A stretch of 60,153 nt of DNA, taken from NCBI GenBank assembly GCA_947632345.1, contig CANROW010000003.1, positions 1 through 60,153 on the forward strand, written 5' to 3'. A model generated the notes under the pieces. It did no database searches. It was not told the DNA's origin and saw only the letters and a program-made list of their open reading frames with translations. Of the stretch, positions 10,629 to 20,034 are shown piece by piece; within the stretch, counting starts at the first letter, position 1; each line of letters opens with the position of its first letter. Source of the stretch: an uncultured Bacilli bacterium (GTDB lineage Bacteria; Bacillota_I; Bacilli_A; RF39; UBA660). Both the position numbers and the translations under genes were made by a program.

Positions 10629-11909
10629 CTAAATCCCCAAAATTTGTTTTTTTACTTGGTCATAATCTTCTTGAGTTATAGCTCCAGCATCAAGAAGTTG
10701 TTTCATTTCCATTAAGCGTTGTTGTGGAGTTTGAGCTGGTTGTGTTGCCGTAGGAGCTACCTCCTGTGGTTGCGCTGGAGTTGGTGGTGGTGTAACTGGT
10801 GCTCCTTGAACTGGTTGAACTTGTGCTTGAGGTTGAGCTGGCTGTTGATTAAAGCCAGGTTGATAGCTTGATTGTGTAACTGGTTGTTGTAAATTATTCA
10901 TCATTCCAGATGCAGCGTTCATTCCCATTCCCATAAAGGCCATGGCAGTTCCACCTCCATTTTCACCAGCAGCTTGAATTCCGCGAGCAACAGATTGTTG
11001 CATAAAGGCATTACCACGTGCTCCTGATAAAGCATCAGTTCTCTTAACATCTTTCATCAATTCTTTTGTATCTTCATCATACTCAATAGAGAGAATTGCT
11101 GTTTTGACGATTTGGAGACCACGATCTGATTGCCAATGATAAGCATCTTCAACAGCCTGAGCCATAGCTTGCCCAAATCCTACTTGATCAGCTTGAATTT
11201 TAGACATACGATTTCCTTTATTAGGATCATTCGTATAATTGGCAAAAGCAGCAGATAGTGTTCCGACAACTTCATTGAATAATTGAGTAGCAGCATCATT
11301 ATTATCAGCATCTGCGAAATCAAATACTGGGGCATTAGGTTGTAAATATTTTGTAGGTACAAAATTCTTTATGAACAATAGTGGATCAACAATTTTTAAC
11401 GTATAAGTTCCTCTAGTGATTGCTCCAACTTGTGTTCCAAAAAAGGCATCATCCCAATATATTTCAGATTGTGTTCCAAACATATTATTTGGTATTTCTT
11501 TCAAATTGACATAAAAAGCAAGTTGTTGTGATCCTGGTTGACCACCAAATTTAACTTTTTCCCAAGTTGCTCCAATTGTTGCAGCAAAAACATTATCTCC
11601 AGCAAAGAAAGACTTTGAATTTGGATCATCTGAAGAGTAGATGTATCCCCCTGGTTCAGCAATTAATCCAGTAATAGCTCCATCTTGTAGAGTAACTAGT
11701 GCTGTTCCCTCTGGAACCAGTATTTTACTTCCATTACTTATAATATTTTCATATCCTTTACTATTTTCTCCTCGACCAGCATTTGGTCCTTGTTGAACAG
11801 CTTGAAATAATCCTACTGTTGGTGATACTGATTTTGGACCATAAAACTCCTTCCATTGATCAGCAAAAGTACCTTGTAAAGCATTTGCAAACGCTTTCAT
11901 AAATCCCAT
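10629..11909 (-). CDS. SPFH (band 7/YdjI-like) domain protein with C-terminal SHOCT domain
   Basis: DQWKEF, NIISNGSKI.V and FGGQ motifs, Gln/Pro-rich linker, KQLLDAGAITQEDYDQVKKQIL (SHOCT). Confidence 0.85.
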   Translation of the reverse strand: MGFMKAFANALQGTFADQWKEFYGPKSVSPTVGLFQAVQQGPNAGRGENSKGYENIISNGSKILVPEGTALVTLQDGAITGLIAEPGGYIYSSDDPNSKSFFAGDNVFAATIGATWEKVKFGGQPGSQQLAFYVNLKEIPNNMFGTQSEIYWDDAFFGTQVGAITRGTYTLKIVDPLLFIKNFVPTKYLQPNAPVFDFADADNNDAATQLFNEVVGTLSAAFANYTNDPNKGNRMSKIQADQVGFGQAMAQAVEDAYHWQSDRGLQIVKTAILSIEYDEDTKELMKDVKRTDALSGARGNAFMQQSVARGIQAAGENGGGTAMAFMGMGMNAASGMMNNLQQPVTQSSYQPGFNQQPAQPQAQVQPVQGAPVTPPPTPAQPQEVAPTATQPAQTPQQRLMEMKQLLDAGAITQEDYDQVKKQILGI

Positions 11910-12095
11910 AAAAAATCCTCTTTTCTTTTTATTGTTTAGAATAGTAGTTAAAAAGTAAAACGCATTTAACTTCTACGTATTCTACTAAAGTGTAACATAT
12001 ACCTTACAAATTTTTACATATTTTTTAATTATTTGACATTTTTTGACTTTTTAGCAGCTCAATTTTAAATATAAAAATATTTTATGTTTATTAAT

Positions 12096-12160
12096 AAAAA
12101 AGACCTTTAAAATTCTTCTAAATAAATCGTAATATCTATTTAGTGAATTTTAATGGTCTT
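12096..12160 (-). terminator. Long imperfect hairpin/terminator after serS
   Basis: AAGACC.TTAAAATTC.CTAAATA pairs with TATTTAG.GAATTTTAA.GGTCTT; A-tract on the left. Confidence 0.6.
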
Positions 12161-12172
12161 AATTTAAGCTTT

Positions 12173-13459
12173 TTATTTTTGTGGTTCAATAATTTGTTTT
12201 CCGCCCATATATGGTTGAAGTACTTTAGGTATTTTGATACTTCCATCTTCTTGATAATTATTTTCAATTAGAGCAATTAATCCACGTGGACTAGCTAAGA
12301 CGGTATTGTTTAGAGTGTGAACATAATAAGTTCCCTCATTTCCTTTAGCCCGAATTCCTAAACGTCTTGCTTGAGCATCTCCCAAAGTTGAACAGCTACC
12401 TACTTCAAAATATTTTTGTTGTCTTGGACTCCATGCTTCAATGTCACAAGATTTAACTTTTAAATCAGCTAAATCACCACTGCAACATTCTAGTTGTCTG
12501 ACTGGTATATCTAAATTTCTGAATACATTTACAGTAAAACGCCACATTTTCTCATACCACGCCATTGATTCTTCTGGTTCACAAATAACAATCATCTCTT
12601 GTTTTTCAAATTGATGAACACGATATAATCCACGTTCTTCTAGTCCATGAGAACCACCCTCTTTTCGAAAACAAGGTGAATAAGATGTCATAGTAATTGG
12701 TAACTCTTCAGCCTTTAAAATTTGGTCTTTAAATTTACCTATCATAGAATGTTCACTAGTTCCAATCAAGTATAGATCTTCTCCCTCAATCTTATACATC
12801 ATCGCTTGCATCTCTGGAAAAGACATTACTCCTTCTACTACTGCTGAATGGATCATAAATGGTGGAATCGCATAAGTAAATCCTTGCTCAATCATATAAT
12901 CTCTACCATAGGCGATCATCGCTTCGTGTAAACGGGCAATATCACCCATTAAATAGTAGAAACCTTCACCACTAGTACGACCTGCCGCTTCTTTATCTAA
13001 ACCATTCAAAGACTCAATAATATCAGCGTGATATGGAATATCATATTTAGGAACAACGGGATCACCAAAGCGTTGCACTTCAACATTTTCACTATCGTCT
13101 TTACCGATTGGCACACTATCGTCAATAATATTAGGAATGACCATCATTCTTGTTTTTACCGCATCAGCAAGTTCCATTTCTTGTTGCTCTAGTTCTACTA
13201 ATTTATCATTGATATCTTTTACTTTCTCTTTCATTTCATTAGCTTCATCGATCTTTTTTTCACGCATTAAAGCACCAATTGATGAACTGATGTTATTTCG
13301 CTCACTCCGCAAATTATCTCCCTCTTGTTTTAACTTGCGTTGTTTTTCGTCTAGTTCAATTACTTCATCAACTAATTTTATCTTTTCATCTTGAAACTTT
13401 TTCTTAATGTTTTCCTTGACCTTATCAGGATTTTCTCTTACAAATTTTATATCTAACAT
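12173..13459 (-). CDS. serS: Serine--tRNA ligase
   Basis: MLDIKFVREN, LIGTSEH, CFRKEGGSHG, RVHQFEKQE, HTLNNT. Confidence 0.97.
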   Translation of the reverse strand: MLDIKFVRENPDKVKENIKKKFQDEKIKLVDEVIELDEKQRKLKQEGDNLRSERNNISSSIGALMREKKIDEANEMKEKVKDINDKLVELEQQEMELADAVKTRMMVIPNIIDDSVPIGKDDSENVEVQRFGDPVVPKYDIPYHADIIESLNGLDKEAAGRTSGEGFYYLMGDIARLHEAMIAYGRDYMIEQGFTYAIPPFMIHSAVVEGVMSFPEMQAMMYKIEGEDLYLIGTSEHSMIGKFKDQILKAEELPITMTSYSPCFRKEGGSHGLEERGLYRVHQFEKQEMIVICEPEESMAWYEKMWRFTVNVFRNLDIPVRQLECCSGDLADLKVKSCDIEAWSPRQQKYFEVGSCSTLGDAQARRLGIRAKGNEGTYYVHTLNNTVLASPRGLIALIENNYQEDGSIKIPKVLQPYMGGKQIIEPQK

Positions 13460-13461
13460 AT

Positions 13462-13695
13462 CTAATCTTCCTTTCTCATAAATCGATATTTTTGACCTGT
13501 CACATTATCTTTGCGCATCGAGACGTCTTCATTAGACAAAAAGCTCGATATCGGACGAGCCCAAACTTCACCACGATGTCTATAGATAATCATCTGTTCA
13601 AGGCTTTCTGAATGTTTAGCAATCTCAATAATTTCCATGACATCACCCTTAAAGTGTTGCCACTTGCTACCAATAATTATTTCTTCATTGCGCAT
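13462..13695 (-). CDS. DUF1653 family protein
   Basis: WQHFKG...IAKHSES...IYR...VWARP...F...QKYRF pattern; GGAGGAG RBS. Confidence 0.85.
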   Translation of the reverse strand: MRNEEIIIGSKWQHFKGDVMEIIEIAKHSESLEQMIIYRHRGEVWARPISSFLSNEDVSMRKDNVTGQKYRFMRKED

Positions 13696-13705
13696 AATCT
13701 CCTCC

Positions 13706-13897
13706 TAAAATAAAAAACGAGCATGGTCCAAGGAGTGCTAAGCACGGTACCATCCTCTCTTTAACTCATCTAGATAACGGTTGTTAACCGAAAATGATTA
13801 ATTTCACTCATGAGTAGATTTCTATAGGATTATTATTCATTTTCACCAGCCATGAACTCTCTAAAAATAACTATCTATATACTTATCTCAATCAACG
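13706..13897 (-). promoter_or_regulatory. T-box riboswitch (Ser)
   Basis: Minus strand shows an AGTA box, AGAGAG bulge, GCTGGTGAAA distal loop, specifier GAAA-TCT-A (Ser codon, 13816-13818), T-box GGATGGTACCGTG (13743-13756) and a terminator U-tract. Confidence 0.88.
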
Positions 13898-13992
13898 TTT
13901 TATAACTTGATAATAACACAGAATAACTTTAAAGTAAATATTTTGATGAATTAATTACCATTCTATATCGAGAAAAATGATGTCTTTTTACT

Positions 13993-15303
13993 CTACGAAA
14001 ATTCTTTAAACATATTATCCAATTCTTCCTGCTCTTCTTTGGATAACTCTTTTGATTCCATATCTTGATTAAACCAACTTGGCAAATTTTCTTTCTTGGA
14101 ATCAATCGTTGGTTTAACTTTATTCTTACTCTCGAGCATCCGCTTAATTTTATCGTGTTCTTTTTTTGCTACTTCCATAGCTTCTTCAACTGTTTCAATA
14201 TTTAATCTACTCCATTGAGCTGCTACTGTATCAACATAATTTTTGGTAAATTTTTGATTATTCATTTTTAAAACATAAGAAATTAAGACATTGACTACTC
14301 CTGGTTTCATTTTGTAATTAATCATCAAGTCTTCAATAATTTTCAATTCTCTAACACTAGGTTCACCATTTTTATATTTACTCTTTAAATAATCATATGG
14401 TGTCGTATTTTCAAAAGTATAAATTTGTTTAGCCCGATTAGAGGTATTACCTTCAGGACTTTTTAAATACTCCGGTTGTTTTGTATAAACGAGGGTTGGT
14501 AACATTCCTCCTGATTCAAATTGATAGAAATTACGACAATTGATGCGCAATTCATTTTTATCAATCATTCCCTTTTCATTAATACTATTTCTAACGAGCA
14601 TCTGCATATTTAAATCATCGATGCCATAGATATACGCTAAATTTTCAATTAACTCACGCGTACTATCATTAAAACATCTCTCATTAATCATACTCTTAGG
14701 AAGACTAGATATTAACAAGTTAAAATCGACGTGTTTATCAAGAGAAATACCATTTTGATTTCTTTCGATAATATTGTCATTTTCATTGAAAACATTTCCT
14801 CTTACACTTGAGAAAACACTATTAAAGTTAGCAGTTATATCCTCATAATCTTTTAAATTAATTTTGGGTATTCGATAATAACTAACAATTTTATCATATT
14901 CTTTTTTACCTATATTGTTATATAAGACAATGTTCAAAATCGGATGATTTAGAAATTCAGATGCTGACATAGGTGAATACAAAACATAGACATAGTTATT
15001 GACATCATCTTTCTTAACATAAGTCTTTAATAATCCGACGGCCTCTAATTTTTCACGTGCAATGACAATATTTTCTAATTTAGCTTGCATCGTTGCCATG
15101 AGGTGATGATGGGTCTCTTCGTTAGACATTATCTCGCGTTTCAATAAATCATCAATTAAAGTGAAATAAAGACTGACAGCTGTATGTCCAATAATTGGTT
15201 GATACAAAGTCGTTACAAGTTTTTTATCATTTTCAGTGATGATAGTCCTATTGACAACAACATATGTATCAGCTGGCAAAATAGTACTAGACATATCAAT
15301 CAC
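13993..15303 (-). CDS. dnaB: Bacillus-type DnaB replication initiation/helicase-loader protein (DnaD domain)
   Basis: LYQPIIG, REKLEAVGLLKTY, GVVNVLISYVL...YVDTVAAQW...TVEEA. Confidence 0.88.
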   Translation of the reverse strand: MIDMSSTILPADTYVVVNRTIITENDKKLVTTLYQPIIGHTAVSLYFTLIDDLLKREIMSNEETHHHLMATMQAKLENIVIAREKLEAVGLLKTYVKKDDVNNYVYVLYSPMSASEFLNHPILNIVLYNNIGKKEYDKIVSYYRIPKINLKDYEDITANFNSVFSSVRGNVFNENDNIIERNQNGISLDKHVDFNLLISSLPKSMINERCFNDSTRELIENLAYIYGIDDLNMQMLVRNSINEKGMIDKNELRINCRNFYQFESGGMLPTLVYTKQPEYLKSPEGNTSNRAKQIYTFENTTPYDYLKSKYKNGEPSVRELKIIEDLMINYKMKPGVVNVLISYVLKMNNQKFTKNYVDTVAAQWSRLNIETVEEAMEVAKKEHDKIKRMLESKNKVKPTIDSKKENLPSWFNQDMESKELSKEEQEELDNMFKEFS

Positions 15304-15381
15304 TTCCTCAAGTTAATTATATGAAATTATTCATTTGAAAACAAGGTACAATTTTTCATAGTTAGAACTAAAATTCTTTTA

Positions 15382-16155
15382 TTACTGGCTATCAATTTTC
15401 TTAACTAATTGTTTGTTCTTATTCACACGATAGTCTTTAACTATTTTTTGGGTGATGGGATCTAATACTGTAATATCAACAGGAGTTCTTTTAAGAATGT
15501 CTACTCTATTTTTTTCAATTAAATCTTCCAATTTCTCCCGATCTACCCATTCTCTATTTATAATTCCCTGTTGATCAATTGATGGATTAATTGCTATTTC
15601 CATATCCACATCGCCAATAGCGTTATACGACAATTTAAATACAAACAAATCATTAGAAAAAATAGAAGTTTTATTACGTTCAGGTAAATAGAATGGAGCT
15701 GTACCTATCTCAGAAAATTGATAATAATCATACATTCTTTCCAAATCACTAAAGATTTGTTTTAAATTTTCATAATTGTCTCTAACAAATCTTTTTACAT
15801 CCCCTTTTGAGGCATCAAGTCTTTCAGAATAAATGACGTCATTATCATGATCTTTTTTTATGGTGGCAAAATCATAATATGTATTATTGAAAACATTAAT
15901 CATTGAGTATTGAGCTGTAGCTAAACACATAACATCAATCTTTTGTTTTACTGGTATTAAACCAAAAGCTTTTGTTTTTAGTTGGAGAGACTGGGCTGCT
16001 CTATCTTCAAACGACCGCAATTCATCAAGTTTATCATCAACTATTTGATATAATTCAAAAGCACTAATGACATCATTTTGGCATAAATCGCCATATATTT
16101 CTGGACGCAATAAATATTCCTTTATTAGATTTAATATTCTTGTGTATACATCCAT
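15382..16155 (-). CDS. Orphan tandem paralog 3 of 3
   Basis: Shares YTRILN.I.EYLLR.EI.GDLCQN.VISAFELYQIVDDKL and KRTPVDI with the two upstream genes. Confidence 0.85.
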   Translation of the reverse strand: MDVYTRILNLIKEYLLRPEIYGDLCQNDVISAFELYQIVDDKLDELRSFEDRAAQSLQLKTKAFGLIPVKQKIDVMCLATAQYSMINVFNNTYYDFATIKKDHDNDVIYSERLDASKGDVKRFVRDNYENLKQIFSDLERMYDYYQFSEIGTAPFYLPERNKTSIFSNDLFVFKLSYNAIGDVDMEIAINPSIDQQGIINREWVDREKLEDLIEKNRVDILKRTPVDITVLDPITQKIVKDYRVNKNKQLVKKIDSQ

Positions 16156-16234
16156 AACGAAACCTCTTAAAAATAACTACTTCTTCTTGAATAGCGTCTT
16201 AGATAAATTAGCTGATTCAATGTACATTTTTTTA

Positions 16235-17002
16235 TTACTGGTTATCAATTTTCTTGACTAAATGTTTATTCTTATTCGCACGATAGTCTTCTACTATTTT
16301 TTTGGTGACGGGATCTAATACTGTAATATCAACAGGAGTTCTTTTAAGAATGTCTACTTTATTTGTTTCAATTAAATCTGTCAAATTTTCCCGATCTACC
16401 CATTGTCTATTTACAATTCCCTTTTGGTCAATGGATGGATCAATTGTTATTTCCATATCCACATCGCCAATAGCGTTATATGACAATGTCAATACAAACA
16501 AATCATTTAAAATAGAAGGTCGATGATAATTTCCAGATGAATATGGTGTACCAAGGTCAGAAAATTGATAATAATCATATAATCTTTCTAAATCATTAAA
16601 GATTTGTTTTAAATTTTCATAATTGTCTCTAACAAATTTTTTTACATCCTCTTTTGGTTCGCTAGATTGTTCAAAATAAATGGCTTCATCATTATGATCT
16701 TTTTGTATGGTGGTAAATTCATAATATTTATGATAAAAAATATGAATAGATGAGAATCCAGCATGAGAATAACAATTAACCCTAAGTTTTTGTTTTACTG
16801 GTATTAAACCTAAAGCTTTTGTCTCTAGTTGGAGAGATTTGGTTGCTCTGTCATCAAACGAGCGCAATTCATTAAGTTTATCATCAACTATTTGGTATAA
16901 TTCAAAAGCACTAATAACATCATTTTGGCATAAATCGCCATCTATTTCTAGACGCAATAAATATTCCTTTATTAAATTTAATATTCTTGTGTATTCATCC
17001 AT
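16235..17002 (-). CDS. Orphan tandem paralog 2 of 3
   Basis: Same conserved blocks; AGGAGG RBS. Confidence 0.85.
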   Translation of the reverse strand: MDEYTRILNLIKEYLLRLEIDGDLCQNDVISAFELYQIVDDKLNELRSFDDRATKSLQLETKALGLIPVKQKLRVNCYSHAGFSSIHIFYHKYYEFTTIQKDHNDEAIYFEQSSEPKEDVKKFVRDNYENLKQIFNDLERLYDYYQFSDLGTPYSSGNYHRPSILNDLFVLTLSYNAIGDVDMEITIDPSIDQKGIVNRQWVDRENLTDLIETNKVDILKRTPVDITVLDPVTKKIVEDYRANKNKHLVKKIDNQ

Positions 17003-17075
17003 TACAAAACCTCCTACTACTTTTTCTTGAATAGCGTCTTAGATAAATTAACTAATTCAATGTACAATTTTTCTA

Positions 17076-17837
17076 TTACCTGTTATCCATTTTTTTAACT
17101 AGATGTTTATTCTTATTCGCACGATAGTCTTCAACTATTTTTTTGGTGACGGAATCTAATGCTGCGATATCAACAGGCGTTCTTTTAGCAATGGCTATTT
17201 TATTTTTTTCAATTACATCTTTCAAATTCTCCCGATCTACCCATTGTCTATTTACAATTTCTTTTGGGTCAACTGAAGGATTAATTGCGATTTTCATATC
17301 AACCTCGCCAATAGAGTCATATGACAATTTCAATACAAACAAATCACTGATAATAGAAGGTTGATTACAATATTCAGATAAATGTGATATACCTATGTAA
17401 GGAAATTGATAATAATCATACAACCTTTCCAAATTATTAAAGATTTGATTTAAATTGTCATAATTGTCTCTAACAAATTTTTTTACATCCTCTTTTGGTG
17501 CCCAAGATTGTCCCAAATAAAAAGCTTCATCATCACGATCTTTTTTTAAGCAGATAAGTTCATTTTGATAAAAAATATCAATCCTTGAGTATGCGCCAAA
17601 AGAATAACACATAACACTAAGCTTTTGTTTTTTAGGTATTAATCCTAAAGTTTTTGTCTCTAGTTGGAGGGATTGAGCCGCTCTTTCATTAAACGAACGC
17701 AACTCATCAAGTTTATCATCAACTATTTGGTATAATTCAAAAGCACTTATGACACAATTTTGACATAAATCGCCATCTATTTCTGGACGTAATAGATATT
17801 CCCTTATTTGATTTAATATTCTTGTGTATTTTCCCAT
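17076..17837 (-). CDS. Orphan tandem paralog 1 of 3
   Basis: Same conserved blocks; AGGAGGGG RBS. Confidence 0.85.
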   Translation of the reverse strand: MGKYTRILNQIREYLLRPEIDGDLCQNCVISAFELYQIVDDKLDELRSFNERAAQSLQLETKTLGLIPKKQKLSVMCYSFGAYSRIDIFYQNELICLKKDRDDEAFYLGQSWAPKEDVKKFVRDNYDNLNQIFNNLERLYDYYQFPYIGISHLSEYCNQPSIISDLFVLKLSYDSIGEVDMKIAINPSVDPKEIVNRQWVDRENLKDVIEKNKIAIAKRTPVDIAALDSVTKKIVEDYRANKNKHLVKKMDNR

Positions 17838-17858
17838 GACAACCCCTCCTAAAAATTA

Positions 17859-18590
17859 CTACTTTTTCTTGACAAGTGTCTTAGATGAATCGGCTGATTC
17901 AATCTTGAATTGTTCCATCTTGTTTTTAGCATCTTCTATAGCATCTTGTGGTAAAGCAGGTAAAGAATCTTCAAAACATAAGAAACCGGATAAATCGATA
18001 TCTTCCTCACTACCATTATCTTGAACAGGTATTTCTTGGACGGTTTGATTCAAATTGTTCTTTATTCCAAATTGGGCGTTAGCTTGTTTTAACATCTCAA
18101 AACATTTTACTTGGTTATGACGCTTCGCACTCATTAAAGCTGTATCACCATCTTTGCATTGCGCATTGATATCAGCCCCTAATAAAATGCATAGTTCTAA
18201 AATTTTATCATTGCCATGTCTCGCACTAGTCATAGTTGGTGTCGTTCCGTATTTGTTACATTCATTCACATCGCACCCAGCCTTAATACATAGGAGAAAT
18301 AAATCAAAATAATTACGACGAGCACTTTTGAGGAGAAGAAAATCACCTTTTTTAGGGGAACGATAATTCAAATTAGCCCCTTGTTGAATTAAGTATTCTT
18401 GGTGTTTAATCGACATTTTACCACAGTCTTTATATAATCTTTCCCCTAGAAGATCAGCTTCAAATTCATCCACTTCTTCAATACTTTTTTTGAACTCTTC
18501 AATACTTTCTGAATCAATTCCCAATTCCTTTAATTTCTTTAAACGTTCATCGTCAACATTGTTAATGACAATATTTTTCACTTTTATCAC
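17859..18590 (-). CDS. Ankyrin repeat protein
   Basis: GTTPTMTSARHGN..ILELCILLGADINAQCKDGDTALMSA; about 3-4 ankyrin repeats. Confidence 0.88.
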   Translation of the reverse strand: MIKVKNIVINNVDDERLKKLKELGIDSESIEEFKKSIEEVDEFEADLLGERLYKDCGKMSIKHQEYLIQQGANLNYRSPKKGDFLLLKSARRNYFDLFLLCIKAGCDVNECNKYGTTPTMTSARHGNDKILELCILLGADINAQCKDGDTALMSAKRHNQVKCFEMLKQANAQFGIKNNLNQTVQEIPVQDNGSEEDIDLSGFLCFEDSLPALPQDAIEDAKNKMEQFKIESADSSKTLVKKK

Positions 18591-18598
18591 TCTTCTTT

Positions 18599-19294
18599 CT
18601 ATTTGTGAGCATTAATAATTTTCTTCATTTTTACTCGAGCTTGCTCAAGCAATTCTTGAGGAGATAATTCTTTTGAATAAATAATAGTATCTTTTTCTTC
18701 TTTCCTATCTTCCATTATAATTTTTTTATTCTTTTCATATTCTATAGCTTCTTTTAGAAAATTGGCGGTTTGAAAGTTTTTACTTATAGTAGCATAATCT
18801 AAAGCTGACAAGTAATAAACGTCTCTTTGTTCAAGATGAGCACCTAATAAATACAATAGTTTTACATTATTCAATTCATATGGCAGACGAGCCAAAATTA
18901 TAAGTGGTGAAGGATGATTATCGTCAAACTGATTAAAATCTGCTCCCGCACGAATAATGGACCAAAATAGTTCGTCTAAAAGGCCAACCTTATCAGGATT
19001 CTTTACTTTTTGGGTAGCTATTTTATTTAAGAAACAAAAATAATCAAAATCTGTCCCTTTTCTTACCGCATCAAGCCAATCATAATCATATTCACCATTC
19101 AAATATATATATTTTTCTAATTGTGCAGCTCGTTCATAATATGAATAATCGCCCAAATCAAAGTGCGATTGTTCTTGATGATCCTGGAATATTTTCATAC
19201 TTTCGTCATCAAGTTCATAAGACTTTAAAATTTCATCGCGACGATTATTGAGTTCCTCAACATTTAAATCACTTATATCTATTTTATTTCCCAT
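18599..19294 (-). CDS. Ankyrin repeat protein (duplicate copy)
   Basis: IRAGADFN..D....SPLIILA...NVKLLYLLGAHLEQRD.YYLSALDYA; start set at MGNKID by homology with its paralog. Confidence 0.82.
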   Translation of the reverse strand: MGNKIDISDLNVEELNNRRDEILKSYELDDESMKIFQDHQEQSHFDLGDYSYYERAAQLEKYIYLNGEYDYDWLDAVRKGTDFDYFCFLNKIATQKVKNPDKVGLLDELFWSIIRAGADFNQFDDNHPSPLIILARLPYELNNVKLLYLLGAHLEQRDVYYLSALDYATISKNFQTANFLKEAIEYEKNKKIIMEDRKEEKDTIIYSKELSPQELLEQARVKMKKIINAHK

Positions 19295-19323
19295 AATTTT
19301 TTTTACCATTCAAGCACTTTCTT

Positions 19324-20028
19324 CTATTTGTGATCATTGACAATTTTCTTCATTTTTACTCGAGCTTGGTCAAGCAATTCTTGAGGAGATAATTCTTTTG
19401 CTGAAATAATCATATCTTTTTCTTCTTCCCTATCTTCCCTTCCAATTTTCTTATTATTTTCATATTCTATAGCTTCTTTTAGAAAATCGGCAGTTTGGAA
19501 GTTATTACTTATAGTAGCATAATCTAAAGCTGACAAGTAATAAGCGTCTCTTTGTTCAAGATGAGCACCTAATAAATACAATAATTTTACATTATTCAAT
19601 TCGTGTGGCAAGCGGGCCAAAAGCATAAGTGGTGAAGTAGAATTCTCGTCACAACGATTTAAATCTGCTCCAGCACGAATAATGGACCAAAAGAGTTCAT
19701 CTAAGAGACCAAATTTATCAGGATTCTCCACTTTTTTCGCAGCTATTTTATTTAAGAGACAAAAATAATCAAAACCTGTCCCTTTCCTTACGGCATCAAG
19801 CCAATCATAATCATATTCACCATTTGAAGAGATATATTCTCTTAATTTTACAGCCCGTTCATAATCTAAATAACTTTCCAAATAATTGCCCGAATCGTCT
19901 GATATGTCTTGATGATCCTGGAATATTTTCATACTTTCGTCATCAAGTTCATAAGACTTTAAAATTTCATCGCGACGATTATTAAGTTTCTCAACATTTA
20001 AATCACTTATATCTATTCTATTTCCCAT
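19324..20028 (-). CDS. Ankyrin repeat protein (duplicate copy)
   Basis: Highly similar to 18599-19294 at both DNA and protein level. Confidence 0.82.
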   Translation of the reverse strand: MGNRIDISDLNVEKLNNRRDEILKSYELDDESMKIFQDHQDISDDSGNYLESYLDYERAVKLREYISSNGEYDYDWLDAVRKGTGFDYFCLLNKIAAKKVENPDKFGLLDELFWSIIRAGADLNRCDENSTSPLMLLARLPHELNNVKLLYLLGAHLEQRDAYYLSALDYATISNNFQTADFLKEAIEYENNKKIGREDREEEKDMIISAKELSPQELLDQARVKMKKIVNDHK

Positions 20029-20034
20029 AATTTT

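Larger units (their letters stand above)
15382..17909. repeat. Direct tandem triplication, unit about 845 bp
   Basis: Near-identical DNA blocks recur at about 840-850 bp spacing, e.g. tcatcaactatttg.tataattcaaaagcact. Confidence 0.9.
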
